A stretch of 64,000 bases of DNA from Okamejei kenojei (Eukaryota), in contig CM069134.1 of NCBI GenBank assembly GCA_035221665.1, forward strand, positions 20,584,001 through 20,648,000, given 5' to 3'. Under the pieces are notes generated by a model. That model had not been told where the DNA came from. It saw only the letters and a program-made list of their open reading frames with translations, and ran no database searches. Of this stretch, positions 1-13,809 are shown piece by piece (position 1 is the stretch's first letter; each line of letters opens with the position of its first letter). The position numbers were made by a program, and so were the translations under genes.

Positions 1-2444
1 ATCTGATGTCATAAAATAGTAAAGTGAAGTCTGAAAAAATTAATCATGATTTCCCACCTGTGGGAAAAAGGCAGCCTGATTCTTGCTGTGTCAATAATTG
101 GAAATCCAAAACATTTAGTGTTTAAAATTTGTGATACCAGTTGAATAGTCTGCTTTCAAAATGTTTCAATTTTTGTTTAAAATCATTGGCAGACTTTTTT
201 TTTTCAGATTTGCAAATATTCATTTTATGAAATGGGTTTGAACAATAACAAAAGAAATTGAAGCAAGAGTAGGCATTTTAGTCCATACTACCTGATTTCC
301 TTAATATCCAAAATCCTATCAATCTCTGACTTGAGATACTGAATCTCCACATTCTGCTTGAACAGAGAAATCCAAAGCTATACAGCTTTCCGGGTAAAGA
401 AACATCTTCCTACCTGGGCCTTGCATAAAGCCCCTTATGTTGAGCCCATGCCCCCATAGTTCTCGACCTCCACTCTCACTTCTGTATTTATTCTGTCAAG
501 TCATGTAGGAATTTTGTATATTGCAATGAGTTTACCATTTATTTCTCTGAACTCACAATAACATAAACTCGTTCTATTTACCTTTATTCCTAGCACTACA
601 AACTTGTCTAGGAATTCATCTGGCGAACCTTTACTGCAATCTGTCAATCGTAATTTACATTTCCATAAGTAGTGGGATAGGCCACGTACAAAATATTTCA
701 GATACGGTCTCAGCAGGATAATTGGAGTAAGGCATCTGTACTTTTCCACTCCAATCCTTTGTAGTAAAGGCCAACATGCCACGTCTTTCTAATGTGACTG
801 TACATTAACTGTAAGAAAAATACACCAATTTATTTTTGAACATTAACACCTTTTAAGCACTCTTCAATTAAAGCATACAGTGACCATTTATTATTTCCAC
901 CAAGATGACCTTGTATACAGTATTTTCATTTATCTGCCATACCATTCACCTAGTCCATAAATATCCCTTCTCCCAAACCATAATGTCAGCCAGTTTTGTA
1001 TCATCAGCAAATGCATATATCATCTTGTTTTTGTTTGTCAGTCGATTACTCTAGCTTTATGCTTCCCATCAATCGTTTTTTGATCCACCATTGCTAAATT
1101 TAAGATTTTTTCAAAACTCATGCTTCTTTTTTCAACAATAGTATGAGCCTTTCCTTTGTTCCATTACGATCTTTAACTTACCTTGATAGCCACAACCAGA
1201 CTATTTATTGCGTGTTTAAAGGGAGGTATATTAGTTGCAAACTTTGTATTAAATCTTTCAAATGTTAGCCATTATTGCTACACCATTGAGTTTATTGGAG
1301 CATCAAATATGTTTGATTAGCATTTATAATATGTTAAGTAACAGATATAATATTTGCAGGTCCTAGGTGCACAATTAATGTTACTTATCACCACCAAAGA
1401 ATAGTAAGACCCCAAGACTGCCACTTGGTAATACTTAAGACATGGTTTACCAATAATTTTTCAGGGGAATGATACAAGAAAATAACTTTTATTTCCGAGT
1501 GGTAGAAAGTATTCCAGGTTAAGATTTTGCTATGTTTGTTTATTATCTAATCTGAATAAATGAGAGTTTTTTTTTAATATGACTGATGAAATAGATGGAA
1601 CAGTATCAATCCAATTTCCAATCAGAATAGGGTAGCATCGGAAACTGCCAATGGTTTGACACATAATCACACATTCTATAGTTATAGGATGATTGTCGAA
1701 ACAAAACTTTAAAAAATAAAATGTTGTGTGATATTAGCAAAGCTGTTAAGCCAAATTAATAAACTTTTTTTTTAAAACTTTACCATATTTCACCCATATT
1801 TGGGTGTCGAGTTGGAGCATTTGATATTGGTTGGTGATTGGTTTAGTGACAGTGTATCATTTTGCAAAGTAGAGATCTGAGAGACCAGATAATATTTTAA
1901 CCCTTGGCATTGAAATATTTTGGTTAGTTGTATGCAAAGTGACTAAATGCTACATTTTTTTTGTTCTCAATATTACACATCTCAGCCTTAATTATTTCTT
2001 AAAAACAAGTTGTGTAATCACATTTGTTGATGTTGAGGACATTGTTTAACCCTTATTGTGCTGTTTCCAAATTACCTGTAGGTCATTTTGCCAGGATATC
2101 TACAGTTCTTAACATTATTTCTCTTTGAATAATCTCAGTTTTTGTTAACAGGAACTTCAATCCGAGAGATCATCTTGATAAGACAGCCGCAGCAAAGACG
2201 ATAACTTGTTCCTGCAGCATTTGAGCAATGCTCTGATCACTGATCTTTTCACACTGTTTAGATGTCTGCATTAACTAGTCTGTTTATAGAAATATCTTAA
2301 CTGTTAAAAGAGATCAATTCAAGTTTGGGATTGCAATTCAGATCCTGAGATAGATTTTCTCATTTACATATCAACAGAAATAATCACTTTGACAGAGAGA
2401 ATATAGTCTTTGGAGAAATGAATGTCACAGTGGCGCCTGCTAAA

Positions 2445-2715
2445 TTTAGTTTTGTTTAGAGATACAGTGCATAAACAGGCCCTTCCGCCCACCAAGTCCG
2501 TGCTGACCAGTGATCCCTGCACATTAACGCTATCCTACACACACTAGGGACAATTTACACATACACCAAGCCAATTAACCTACATACCTGTACATCTTTG
2601 GAGTGAGGAAGGAAACCGAAGATCTCAGAGCAAACCCATGCTGTCACAGCACCAGTAGGCGGGATCAAACCCGAGTCTCCAGCACTGCAAGGCAGCAACT
2701 CTACTGCTGCTCCAA
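2445..2715 (-). mobile_element. tRNA-derived V-SINE (HE1-like), with an internal deletion
   Basis: Same sequence family as 15644-15860, 31220-31513 and 49605-49911; the tRNA-like head (gcagtagagttgctgcc...tttgatccc) is on the minus strand. Confidence 0.75.
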
Positions 2716-3035
2716 GGGGCCTCCCCTTTTTCATTTTTCATAATCTATAAATGGGCGGTGGACCGCTTTCTGCCTTTGGCTAATTTTTGGCCAGTAGAGG
2801 AAAGTCATCAGTACGGAGTAGAGAATGAGCTGCTAGCATGCAATCCCCTGCATTGTGTGGTTTTCTGTGACTAGATTGACAATTAGGAAAAACACAAATC
2901 ACTCTAATCTTGCTTATAAATAATATTAAATATTCAAATTCTTCAGGTATTTTTAATTTACACTGTCCTTTTATTTGTACCTCTTGTTTCTTTTGTTTTC
3001 CTGCATTTCCTTATGACTTAGAATGAGGACACTCA

Positions 3036-3036
3036 A

Positions 3037-3068
<32 letters not shown>

Positions 3069-3163
3069 ATTTTATTTATAGGGCACCTTTCAGGACTCTC
3101 AAGGACACCTTACAATTAAAACAAGCATGACACCATACAATTAAAACACGCATGAAACAAAAA
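3036..3163 (-). mobile_element. L2-type LINE 3' end with (TAT)n tail
   Basis: The minus strand reads tgtaaggtgtccttgag...gaaaggtgccctataaataaaatg(tat)n, typical of fish L2 3' termini. Confidence 0.6.
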
Positions 3164-4080
3164 CAACATAGAAACATAGAAACATAGAAAATAGGTGCAG
3201 GAGTAGGCCATTCGGCCCTTCGAGCCTGCACCGCCATTCAATATTATCATGGCTGATCATCCAACTCAGTATCCTGTACCTGCCTTCTCTCCATACCCCC
3301 TGATCCCTTTAGCCACAAGGGCCACATCTAACTCCCTCTTAAATATAGCCAATGAACTGGCCTCAACTACCTTCTGTGGCAGATAATTCCAGAGTCTCAC
3401 CACTCTCTGTGTGAAAATTTTTTCCCGCATCTCGGTCCTAAAGGAATTCCCCCTTATCCTTAGACTGTGACCCCTTGTTCTGGACCTCCCCAACATCGGG
3501 AACAATCTTCCTGCATCTAGCCTATCCAACCCCTTAAGAATTTTGCACGTTTCTATAAGATCCCCCCTCAGTCTTCTAAATTCTAGCGAGTACAAGCCAA
3601 GTCTATCCAATCTTTCCTCATATGAAAGTCCTGACATCCCAGGAATCAGTCTGGTGAACCTTCTCTGTACCCCCTCTATGGCAAGAATGTCTTTTCTCAG
3701 ATTTGGAGACCAAAACTGTACGCATTACTCCAGGTGTGGTCTCACCAAAACCCTGTACAACTGCAGTAGAACCTCCCTGCACCTATACTCAAAACCTTTC
3801 GCTATGAATGCTAACATACCATTTGCTTTCTTCACAGCCTGCTGCACCTGCATGCCTAATTTCAATGATTGGTGTACCATGACACCCAAGTCTCATGGCA
3901 TCTCCCCTTTTCCTAATTTGCCACCATTAAGATAATAGTCTACCCTCCTGTTTTTGCCACCAAAGTGGATAACCTCACATTTATCCACATTTATCCACAT
4001 TATACTGCATCTGCCATGCATTTGCCCACTCACCCAGCCTATCCAAGTCATCTTGCAGCCTCCTAGCATCCTCCTCACAC
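3164..4080 (-). mobile_element. CR1 LINE, 5'-truncated (RT C-terminus and 3' UTR)
   Basis: ORF 3266-3637 (GLSYEERLDRLGLYSLEFRRLRGDLIET...RTRGHSLRI) and NVDKCEVIHFG upstream; (CATAGAAA)n octamer tail at 3167-3190. Confidence 0.93.
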
Positions 4081-4229
4081 CTAACACTACCCCCCAACAT
4101 ATACAGCAACAATACACAATCCCATGCAGTCAGCAATCCCATTCCCCCACTTTCTCACAAGTGTATTAACATCTTCCTCATCCAGCCCTGCTTCGGAATG
4201 TGGGAGGAAACAGTTTATCCAGGGTGAAC

Positions 4230-4660
4230 CTAATTTATTTTTCTTTCAAATTTCAAGTAATAAATATATACAATACAGGAACCATGCAAAAAATTAATCA
4301 GACATTCTCAGAGGTTATACAAGCATTCAATACTGTTTACACACATTGCCCAAATTTCACAAATTTCTCCACCACCCTTGCCACTCAGGTGGCCCACTGG
4401 TATGGAATCCCTTCCATTATTTTAGAAGGGCGTCTCCCCCTCCAGCAGCAGAAGGACCCTAGACTGTGGTCCTCACCCACAGAGCCTTGGCGTTGGCATA
4501 CAAACTCCACACAGACTGCACCGGGGGTTGGATTTTGAGCCTGTGTCACTGGAGCTGTGAGACAGCTGTAACATTTGCAGCACATTGAGTAGATAAAAGG
4601 AAGTCTAATCTGCAGGACCTCTCAATTGGGTTAATTGCAGGTCATTGGCTGATCCAGCAA
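4230..4660 (-). mobile_element. L1/Tx1-like LINE 3' fragment
   Basis: A minus-strand frame ends ...ANAKALWVRTTV* (stop near 4459), resembling Tx1-clade ORF2 C-termini, followed by a T-rich UTR and aataaa. Confidence 0.5.
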
Positions 4661-7354
4661 GAAGCATAGTTTCGGAATAATAGGTAGGAAGGAACTACAG
4701 ATGTTGGTTTAAACCAAAGATAGACACAAAAAGCTGGAGTAACTCAGTGGGTCTGAATGTCTTTCATGACTTGATTGACTAGCAAACAGATGTAAAGAGA
4801 AAACCAGGTTTTTAACAGTCTGCTAATATTTATAAAAATTATATGGGTCATAATTTGAGACCCTTGCTTGAGCTGTGCTTTCTGGATTTAATTGTCTTGA
4901 AACAAATGTGGACGTCAGGTTTCGAATAAAGAGCAGGTTTAATGAACCCATTAGCTCTATAACCAGTCGTGATTCAACAGATGTTATTAGCTTGGCAACA
5001 GAGAAAGTAGATTGTCAACAAAGCAACTGACTTTCCTATCAATGGCATACAACCACATTGCTGGATATAGAGTAGAACAACCCATTCTCTAATACATTCT
5101 TTCCGAATGCATTCTTCGTGGTATGCATATAATTGAACTCCAAAATGAATTCAAGTTCTGTGCCTTATTTGAGAAGCTCTGTTAAAGACTTAACCTCGGG
5201 CTAAAGATCAAATAATTCATAATTTGTGCTGCAGTAAAGCAGAAGTTTATAACTAATTTTTTGAGAGCCATTCATTAAAAGTATTTCTCACGTAGCATTA
5301 AAAATGTTTTGAAAATTACCAAAAGGCTTATTTTTCAGTATTGTCAGCCTGATGTGTTACTATTTCTATTATGGTGGCTAAAGGCAACTGGTTTGGACAA
5401 CATAATAAGAATAGTAACATATGAATTGATGGCAAAAATAGTAATATATAATTAAAACAAAGCTTTAGGTATTTTCTTTATGTTTAGATATGGTTATTAA
5501 TGCCCATTGTCCAGTTGTCTCATGCCATGTAGTGTACCTTGATGGGAGATTAGGTAAGCATCTTGATCATAGCTCCATGTCCATGCTCACTGCAGTTGGT
5601 TATTGGGAGTGGTCCAGATGAAGCCTGGAGTAAATCTGGCTACAAATTCTATTCAAACAAGTACTGGTTATTTTTGCTTGGTCTCACCTGCAATGGAAAA
5701 CCAAGAATGAGACTAGACTCCTGCTTCTGCCACCATTGTGTTCTCCTTTGTGGAGGAGAGTTATAAATATCAAGGGTGATTTCTGCATTACTATAATTAA
5801 TTCTAAATTAAATAAGCCAAACAATTTGAACAGTTAAGGAAGATTTAGAATTAGGTGTGATTATTTGACCCAAATGACTTTGAAAATCTTCTTTGTAGGT
5901 ATTGTGTGTTATCTTATTCTTCAGCTAAAATGGCAATTCAGAAGTAGTCTTGTTTTGCTCGGTTGTTCTTTTTACAAAAAGGTTGAATTTGATTCTTATG
6001 AATAGTCAATTGCTTCTTTGAACTATTTATAATTCCTAAATTGGTACTACAATACAAATTGATGGATTTCTATCCTGTGTATTGAATTTTTTTTTTTTAA
6101 TTGCTTGCTACTTTAACAATTTTAGCTTGGCCACTTTGTGGTAGATGGGTGGCACATGAGTTTGAAATGTATCCGCTTATCCATAACTGAGCATAGATTT
6201 GTTTAAAACCTGGACCTGATTTAAATTCAATTGCCATTGACTTTGCACCAATTTCTAGTCGGAAGCAAGGGCATTCCTTGCAGCTCTGAGAACATCTGCT
6301 GATACGAGGTGCTTGCTAGGATTGGTTTCCATCCCACAAATCCTATCAATTTAGTGGTGCTTGAAGAGTGAGTAACTGGGACTCTGTTAGCTTCCCACCA
6401 CTCTATTCCACTGGATAGATGGGATTAAAATCTACCCCATGTTAAATGTGATAATGTGATAATCTTATTAACAAAAGGAATGGGGTAATTTTTTAATGAA
6501 AACTTAAATAGCAATTGCTGTTCATTGTAATTTGATTTGCACTTTACCAGAAACATTATTATTAAGGCAAATTGACAGGGTTCACATAGTTTGAAATTCT
6601 TGGTCATAACGCATCTAATTTTTGAAGTGAATATGAAGTTTTCTGTTATCCACATTTCATATTTTCAAGCAATTTGGCAAAATTCCCCATTCTTCCTTGC
6701 ATAGGTTTCCCATTCCTCTCTGCGGACCTCATCATTCCCAGTAGGTTTCGTTTAAGGTGCTGGACTTGTACCAATGCTTAGGTATGGGCTGGATTACAAA
6801 TAGGAGCAGCAAGAAAGCAGACACCATTGACTTGACACAAAAGCAAGAAGGAGAAAATCTAAACATTTGAAAACTCGAATGGCATTAAATAGGTCAAGTG
6901 ATGGCAACAAAACACAATTAATTGGGAATAAGGAGTAAATAAAGTTAAAGAGAGAATGGTAGCAACTAAAAAATAACTAGATGGCTGGTTTAAGTAAAAA
7001 CAAAAGTAAGTGATAATTGAAGACATCAAATGGGAAAACTGTTTTTTTGTGATGGGTCCAGTGGAATAAGTGCATACGGTTTTTGTGTGTATGGGTGTGT
7101 GGGGGGCATAAAAAGGGAAAACAACATGTGAAAATTCAAAATTGTATTTCTACACTATTGTTGTGGGAATTGGTGCAAATTGGCTTTTCCAAATTCTGAT
7201 TTCATGTTTCTAGTTAGCACAAGCATAGACGCTTTGGAAGAATAAATGTTATGGGATGCAATAACTAATTTTTTTTCTTTTTTTTTTTGTCTTAATGTTC
7301 CCGCTCTTTTGTGTTGCCCCTGCATCATCTGGGATTTTCTGTTTTCCCCCATAG

Positions 7355-7921
7355 CCTACCTATGATGAAACAAATTCATTTTGCTCATCCTCTTATCCTT
7401 TGCCTTTGCACTGTGACTCCCCTGCATTATCAATGGACATTCAGAGGAGATGTAACGAGAATGTTTCAAAATCAGCTGATAATGGAAAGAACGACGACCC
7501 CCTAAGTACTTGCCAATCACAGGTTGACCATGATCCTTCAACGTCAATTGATAAAAAAGCAATGGGTCTAAAAACAGACCAGGATCTGGCATCTAGAAAA
7601 GAAGGAACCTTGTTTTCATTCTACATGCATCTCCCAGCAACATTTTCTTTGTTAGATGATGATGGCTACATATCCTTCCCGAGCTTCTCTGAGGCCAATT
7701 TCTTACCTGAAAGTTTTCAGTGTTACCTCCCCATTCAATCACCATCACTTGTCCCCTGCTTCCTTTTCATATTCTTCTTCCTGCTTTCAACCTCTTTCTC
7801 TGTACCGTATGCTCTCACTCTCTCATTCCCCCTTGCTATGTGTCTCTGCTATCTGGAGCCCAGGGCAGCCTCCTTGAGTACCTCTGTTGACAATGACCTG
7901 AGTGACAGTTCAGAGGATGAG
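7355..7921 (+). CDS. EPB41L3: EPB41L3 coding exon (U2 region, hydrophobic cassette), 189 codons
   Basis: Acceptor ttttcccccatag|CCT at 7354/7355 and donor GAG|gtgtgt at 7921/7922; open frame, phase 0/0. Peptide LLDDDGYISFP...LPIQSPSLVPCFLFIFFFLLSTSFSVPYALTLSFPLAMCLCYLEPRAASLS...DNDLSDSSEDE matches the human protein 4.1B long isoform as I recall it. Confidence 0.9.
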
Positions 7922-10900
7922 GTGTGTACCTCAGCCTGAACACAATTCTCTGTGTGTTCAGTGCTTGAGTGTCCTGCACAATATACTGTCCTGCAAAAGT
8001 ATTATTTTCAGAACCTCATTGCTGCCTTTGATTATTTTAAAAGTTGTGTTTCAAAGAGACATGACTAACTTGACGCATCAGATTAGACAAAAAGTTTTTG
8101 TATTCTTGGGGAGAAAGGTTCTGAAATGCAGGTCCCGTTTTTAATGGTGGAAAACATGAAGTAATTGGCATGTGGTACATACTTTGTATTCTTATAGATG
8201 TAAATTCCTAAATTGAATGTGGTCATTCAAAAGAGCCATGCTGACATTTCCCTAGGAGTTGGAGCCAGTTGATAGTCAATTAATTTAAATTCTCTTGTGT
8301 GAGACCACAGTCACAACCTCATTAGTATTACAGTAGATCATTTGTTCCTAAATGAACATTGTGTTCATTTGGTTCAGTCAATGGCTGAGTATGATTAGAA
8401 ATACCAGACATGAAGGGCTTGACTATTCACCTTTTTAAAAAAAGACCAAAATGCCTCATTTTACATCTGACATGATTTATTAATATTTTTTGATAATATG
8501 ATGGCATGTTTAAGTTCATGAACTATCTTATTGAAAGTTGCTTTGCGTATTCAGTCCAGGAACTGACTGCATGAATTACTGTAAGTATGACCTTATTCAG
8601 TTTCCTGCTTTGGCACTGTCATCCAAAAGGAAACAAAAGGAATACCTTTGATAAATAATTATAGTTTCTGCTTTATAAATGGACCTATAAAGTTTCAGAT
8701 AGAGAATATTGCATATACAGGCTCTAAAAATGATTCAATGCATAGATTAGGTTAATGACTTCACTGCAGGTTCAGAATGAAAACTTGGTGTCTAATCTCA
8801 AATCATCCAGTATTGCTGATAGTGAAGTGTATATGTATATATTAATGTGCATGCTCTGTGTTTTTCTTGGAAATTATGTAGGAAATTTAATCTAGTGGTC
8901 ATTGTTTGGTCCAGATTGCATGTACGGACTGTTCAATGAATAAGGGTCTGTTTGCATCATAATCTTGTTTATCTGTACATTTAGGAGGATGTCAGAATTG
9001 TAAAATAGTTTAAAGTCCTTCTCTTACACTATGTTGCACTTACCATCTCAAGAGCAGAGCTCAATTTTCATACTTAATTCACTTCAGACTTTCGTATTGT
9101 GGATTCTTCAGCTATCTATATCATAGTATGCTGAAGAAAGTTTGGTTAATTTAATTGGGTAAATGTATTATACACTGAAAACCTTCAGTGTGATGCTGTT
9201 GAAGTCTTTTAAAGAGACTTCCTTTTTTTTACAACTGACTATAAAATGAGACGGGTATTATTCAGTAGATCTTGAACATTATATTAACCCTTAACATAAA
9301 ATACTAATGTCCTGTTGTTATTAACCTCCACATTTTGCAAGTTTACACACCAATGTATCTTCAGCTTGTATTGTTAATAGCTAAATGTGCTTGGATAAAG
9401 AAAACACAATTTTCCGTTGCTTTACAAGTGACCTTTCAGGTTTCTCAAAAAAATAGGAAAATAATATTTTGTTATTATGATTTGAATTTGAGAAGGCTAG
9501 CTTTTTGAACTTCAACGATCTTGTTTCCATTATGTGAAGTATTGCGATGTCATGACGTAAAAGAGTAAAATGTAGTTATTTAAAAATATATATTTTATAC
9601 TCTTTTAGTTATTAATTGTTAGCCAATGAAAAATCAACGTTGAAGGTACCATTTTTTAATTTCTTCTAATAGATATGTAACAAAGTACCCTGACAATAAG
9701 ATTGTCCAAATCTCATACAGTTTAATTCCAGCTTGAGCTGCTGGACTTTTTGACTTGTTACAGATCATTCTTTTTATAGAAATGTTGCAAGCAGACCTGT
9801 GTATATTACTGTATATTTTAAAGAAAGTAATTCTACAAATGAGGGCCTGAAAGTTGGGCTACTCTGGCTGATTGTAAATAGTTGTTGAGTAAGCTTTGCT
9901 TCTGGTGTAAATGAGCTGCACATTATTAACAGAAATAGTTAGTTACAAAATTGTAATATACCGAGTTTATACCATGCAAATCAATTATGTATCTCAAAAG
10001 AGCTATGTAAGCATTTCGAAGAAACTGTGCATTATTCTGATTTGAAATTGGGATAATGATCTAGTTTTGAGGGGCTATATCCCAAGGTCACCTTATGTGC
10101 ATTCAGCATCTTAGTCATCACTGGCGACCATATTCAAGACTCATTTAACCATTTGTGAGCAGATGCCAGGGTCCTATCACTTGATTGTAAGGACCCCTCT
10201 TGGAAAGTATTCATTACTAAAAGGAACATTTGCTGGGTTTATACTTATTACAACTGCTTATCAATTTGTCATTAAAAGGACTGCTAGAAGGTTAGCGATA
10301 AAAATCAATTATTTTAAAAGCTGCGTTAGGGCTAGAGTGCACTAAATGATCCCATGGCATTTCTGCGAGCCAGTGCTGACGTGTGCTTTCACTTCTCAAG
10401 ACTCGCAACCCTCAAGACTACCGCATTGCAGCTGCTCAGAATTGGTGGGGTGTTAGTCAGTGAATGTTTTCTGGATGCCCAATTTCTACTCATTACTCTT
10501 TTCCTCAAGTAAAATATTGTGCATATTTTTATCTCTGTAATCACAGGATTTGTGAGTGTGTGAAATTGCATCTATATTTGGTGCATTTGAGTATATTTAG
10601 CCGTCGCTTTCATGATCACTTGTTGACACTTTGTCATTAGTTTGAGATACACCATTGATTATTTAGCTCTGCGTGCTTAGCCCACACATTATTTATTCAA
10701 GTTATTTCTATTAACCATCTGCTTTACTTTGGAAAGGGATTCTCACTGCTTGTTATTTTCCCCATTAATTGGAATGACTTAAAATGTGATTCCCTTGGAC
10801 TGGTATTTCCAAATTTGTTGGTGAAAGTTACTTGTTAATATTTGCCTTCCTCCAAAAATTAAATTTTTAGATCTATTAAAGAAAACTGAAATACCATTTT

Positions 10901-11176
10901 GATGAGGGCTTTAAAAATTGTGAGTTTCTTTTTAAAAAGATATTCAATCTTGTAACTTGCTATTGCACTTCCCATTTTGCCTTCAGCCTTCCACTAATCC
11001 AGTTCCATTCATTTTATTTGTTTGTGCTTCTAATAAGCCTCTTTTATTTTTGTTACTGAAGCAAAGGCACAATGAGTAGTACATCTTGCTTCAATAAGCT
11101 TAAATGTTCTGACAAGGCTGATGTATTTTTATTCCTGCTTTCCTGCTGGACATCTTGGGATGTTGCTGACAAATAG

Positions 11177-11233
11177 ACTGACAGTGAGCAGACTGACACT
11201 ACTGGTCCTGCTGATGGGGAAACCACCGCAGAG
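11177..11233 (+). CDS. EPB41L3: EPB41L3 exon TDSEQTDTTGPADGETTAE
   Basis: aaatag|ACT ... GAG|gtttgt, 57 nt, phase 0/0; corresponds to human TDSERTDTAADGETTATE. Confidence 0.9.
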
Positions 11234-11583
11234 GTTTGTACATTCCACGGGTCTACACTTCCCATGGAAATTGTCCTCGTGATCTCACTCGTTTGCCTGA
11301 GAGTCTAAAGAGTGCAGCTGTTAATTTGACATTAATGTAGCCACAATGTGGTTTGCAGATTAGAGTGAAGGAGTGCCAACTACAAAATAACAGAGTGCTT
11401 ATTCTAAGTTAAAGTAAGAATTAGCTGCCAAGAACAGTAGGCCAGAATGGTTCAAAAATACACTGAAGAAATATGGTGCATGAAAATTCGATCTGTGGCA
11501 TTTCCAGGAAGCCCCATTCTACAATTGATTCAAGAGCTTCTGTGTTTCCTCTTATTTCTTTATTCATTCAGTGTGCCTTCTTA

Positions 11584-12093
11584 AGACAATAGACAATAGG
11601 TGCAGGAGTAGGCCATTTGGCCCTTCAAGCCAGCACCGCCATTTAATATGATCATGGCTGATCATCCCCAATCAGTACCCCGTTCCTGCCTTCTCCCCAT
11701 ATCCCCTGTCTCCGCTATTTTTAAGAGCCCTATCAGGCTCTCTCTTGAAAGCATCCAGAGAACCTGCCTCCACCGCCCTCTGAGGCAGAGAATTCCACAG
11801 ACTCACCCCTCTCTGTGAGAAAAAGTGTTTCCTCGTCTCTGTTCTAAATGGCTTACTCCTTATTCTTAAACAGTGACCCCTGGTTCTGGACTACCCCAAC
11901 ATCGGGAACATGTTTCCTGCCGCTAGTGTGTCTAAGCCCTTAACAATCTTATATGTTTCAATGAGATACCCTCTCATCCTTCTAAACTCCAGAGTGTACA
12001 AGCCCAGCTGCTCCATTCTCTCAGCATATGACAGTCCCGCCATCCCGGGAATTAACCTTGTAAACCTGCGCTGCACTCCCTCAATAGCAAGAA
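11584..12093 (-). mobile_element. CR1 LINE 3' fragment
   Basis: ORF 11891-12076 QRRFTRLIPGMAGLSYAERMEQLGLYTLEFRRMRGYLIETYKI; (AGACAAT)2 tail. Confidence 0.92.
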
Positions 12094-13014
12094 TTGAGTA
12101 GGTGTAATATGTCTAATTTGAAAATGCAGCATTGCACAGACTTTAATGGCTGATCAAATGTTCCCAAGATGAGGATACGGCCCATGCAGGTTATTTTCCT
12201 GCAGAATTGACCTTGTGCAACTTGTCCTTTGGTGCCCTTCCATGTTTGCATGCAAAGACTTGATTAGCGAGCTGATATCAAAACTCATTTTGTGATATAT
12301 CATGGACATGAGTGCCTTTTACTATTTTGTGGGGATAATGGATTCTGCATTACCAAGCTTCTACTTGTCGCTGGTTTTGTAAACAAACTGTAACAGTTCC
12401 AGAACAATGGTAATACAAGGTGTGAAAAAATGCTGCTCAGTCCTCTTGGTATGTAACAAAATAGTGCTTCTATCCTGCTAATTTTCTGCTGTCATCTCAT
12501 CTTTTATTTCCCTATTTGAGATTTACATGTCTCATTGTTCAACTGTGTTAGCCAGTGGTCTATTCCTTGGGTAATCTGAGAATATATAAATAATTGCCTA
12601 GTGGATTTCACATTATTGAAACTGGAAGGTGAGTGATTGCTGGAGACATGAAGTTACAGCTCTAACCATGATTTTATTTTTGTCCTCAAATGGTTCACTT
12701 AAACTTAATTCACATTTCACATAGTCACTTAATGTTACTCGTACTTAAGGAATTTTATTTTGCTCCGTTTAAATGATGTGTTCAGCTGAAATGTTTTCAC
12801 CTGTACCACTTTGTGGTTTCACCAATTACTTAGCACACTTGCTGAATACAGTATTCACTAAAATGGGAAAAAGTAAGTTTACATTTTATCTATCTTAGTG
12901 GTGACAGCAATTAAGAACATGCATGGAACTAATAAGAATTTGTATAGTTACAACATTTTTAGGTTTATCTCTATTTAAATAATGTATTAATAGTGTCCCT
13001 GAGCGCTCATACTT

Positions 13015-13050
<36 letters not shown>

Positions 13051-13469
13051 ATGCAATTTGTGTGAACAGTGTTAGTTGTAAGAATTTGGACTGTAACTGA
13101 ATATTTTATGTTGGTTTGTATTGTCTTCTTTAAGGAGGAACTGTTGACTCTGTAGATGGTAGATTATAATCTTCAACTGTTTTAAGGTGGCAAGTCTCTT
13201 AGCTTTTGTTTTCCATTGGTTATTTTCAAGTTTTCAAATATTGTCATCTATCACCATCAAGGGTTATATCAACCAGCCAATTTGATCATGTTCACCGATT
13301 TCTTAACCTTGCCATTCATACTTTATATAATTTCACATCCTTTCAAAATAATGCCAAACTATGTTTGGTTAAATTGGTAAGGATTTTATGACACCATAAA
13401 TTTGAATGTTGACATAAGTGATTAAATGTTGTTAAAGCTATGATTTTAAATCCTCCTTCATGCTATCAG

Positions 13470-13505
13470 TCTGATCAAGAGGATGAAATGGAATCCAAGA
13501 CCCAG
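13470..13505 (+). CDS. EPB41L3: EPB41L3 micro-exon SDQEDEMESKTQ
   Basis: ctatcag|TCT ... CAG|gtacaa, 36 nt; corresponds to human SDQEEDAELKAQ. Confidence 0.88.
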
Positions 13506-13743
13506 GTACAAGAAAGTCCTTTTTATGTCAATGACTAGATTTTAGTGTAGTCTATCAAATAAATTATTATTTCCTACTCCCTTTCCATTTCTGTTGTAAA
13601 CTTATGTTTTCCTGAGCTTAGCTTAAGAATTAGAACTTGTTTGATATAAATAACGTTTCCTCCTTTGCCAGCATTTAATTCCCAATACCTACCTTTGTAA
13701 TTCTTCCACAATTATGTCCATTTTATTTTTGCTTTTTTTGCAG

Positions 13744-13809
13744 AATAGTCTTGTAGAACGAATCAAAGGTGAAAATGTATATGTCAAACATAGTAACCTT
13801 ATGTTAGAG
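13744..13809 (+). CDS. EPB41L3: EPB41L3 spectrin-actin-binding cassette exon NSLVERIKGENVYVKHSNLMLE (paralog of 4.1R exon 16)
   Basis: Strong polypyrimidine acceptor ttttttgcag|AAT and donor GAG|gtttgt, 66 nt; GENxYxxHSNLMLE is the protein 4.1 SAB signature. Confidence 0.92.

Noticed and set aside
3543-3935. 130-aa + strand ORF, and similar ORFs at 11910 and 30314
   Set aside because: Antisense shadows of CR1 LINE sequence.
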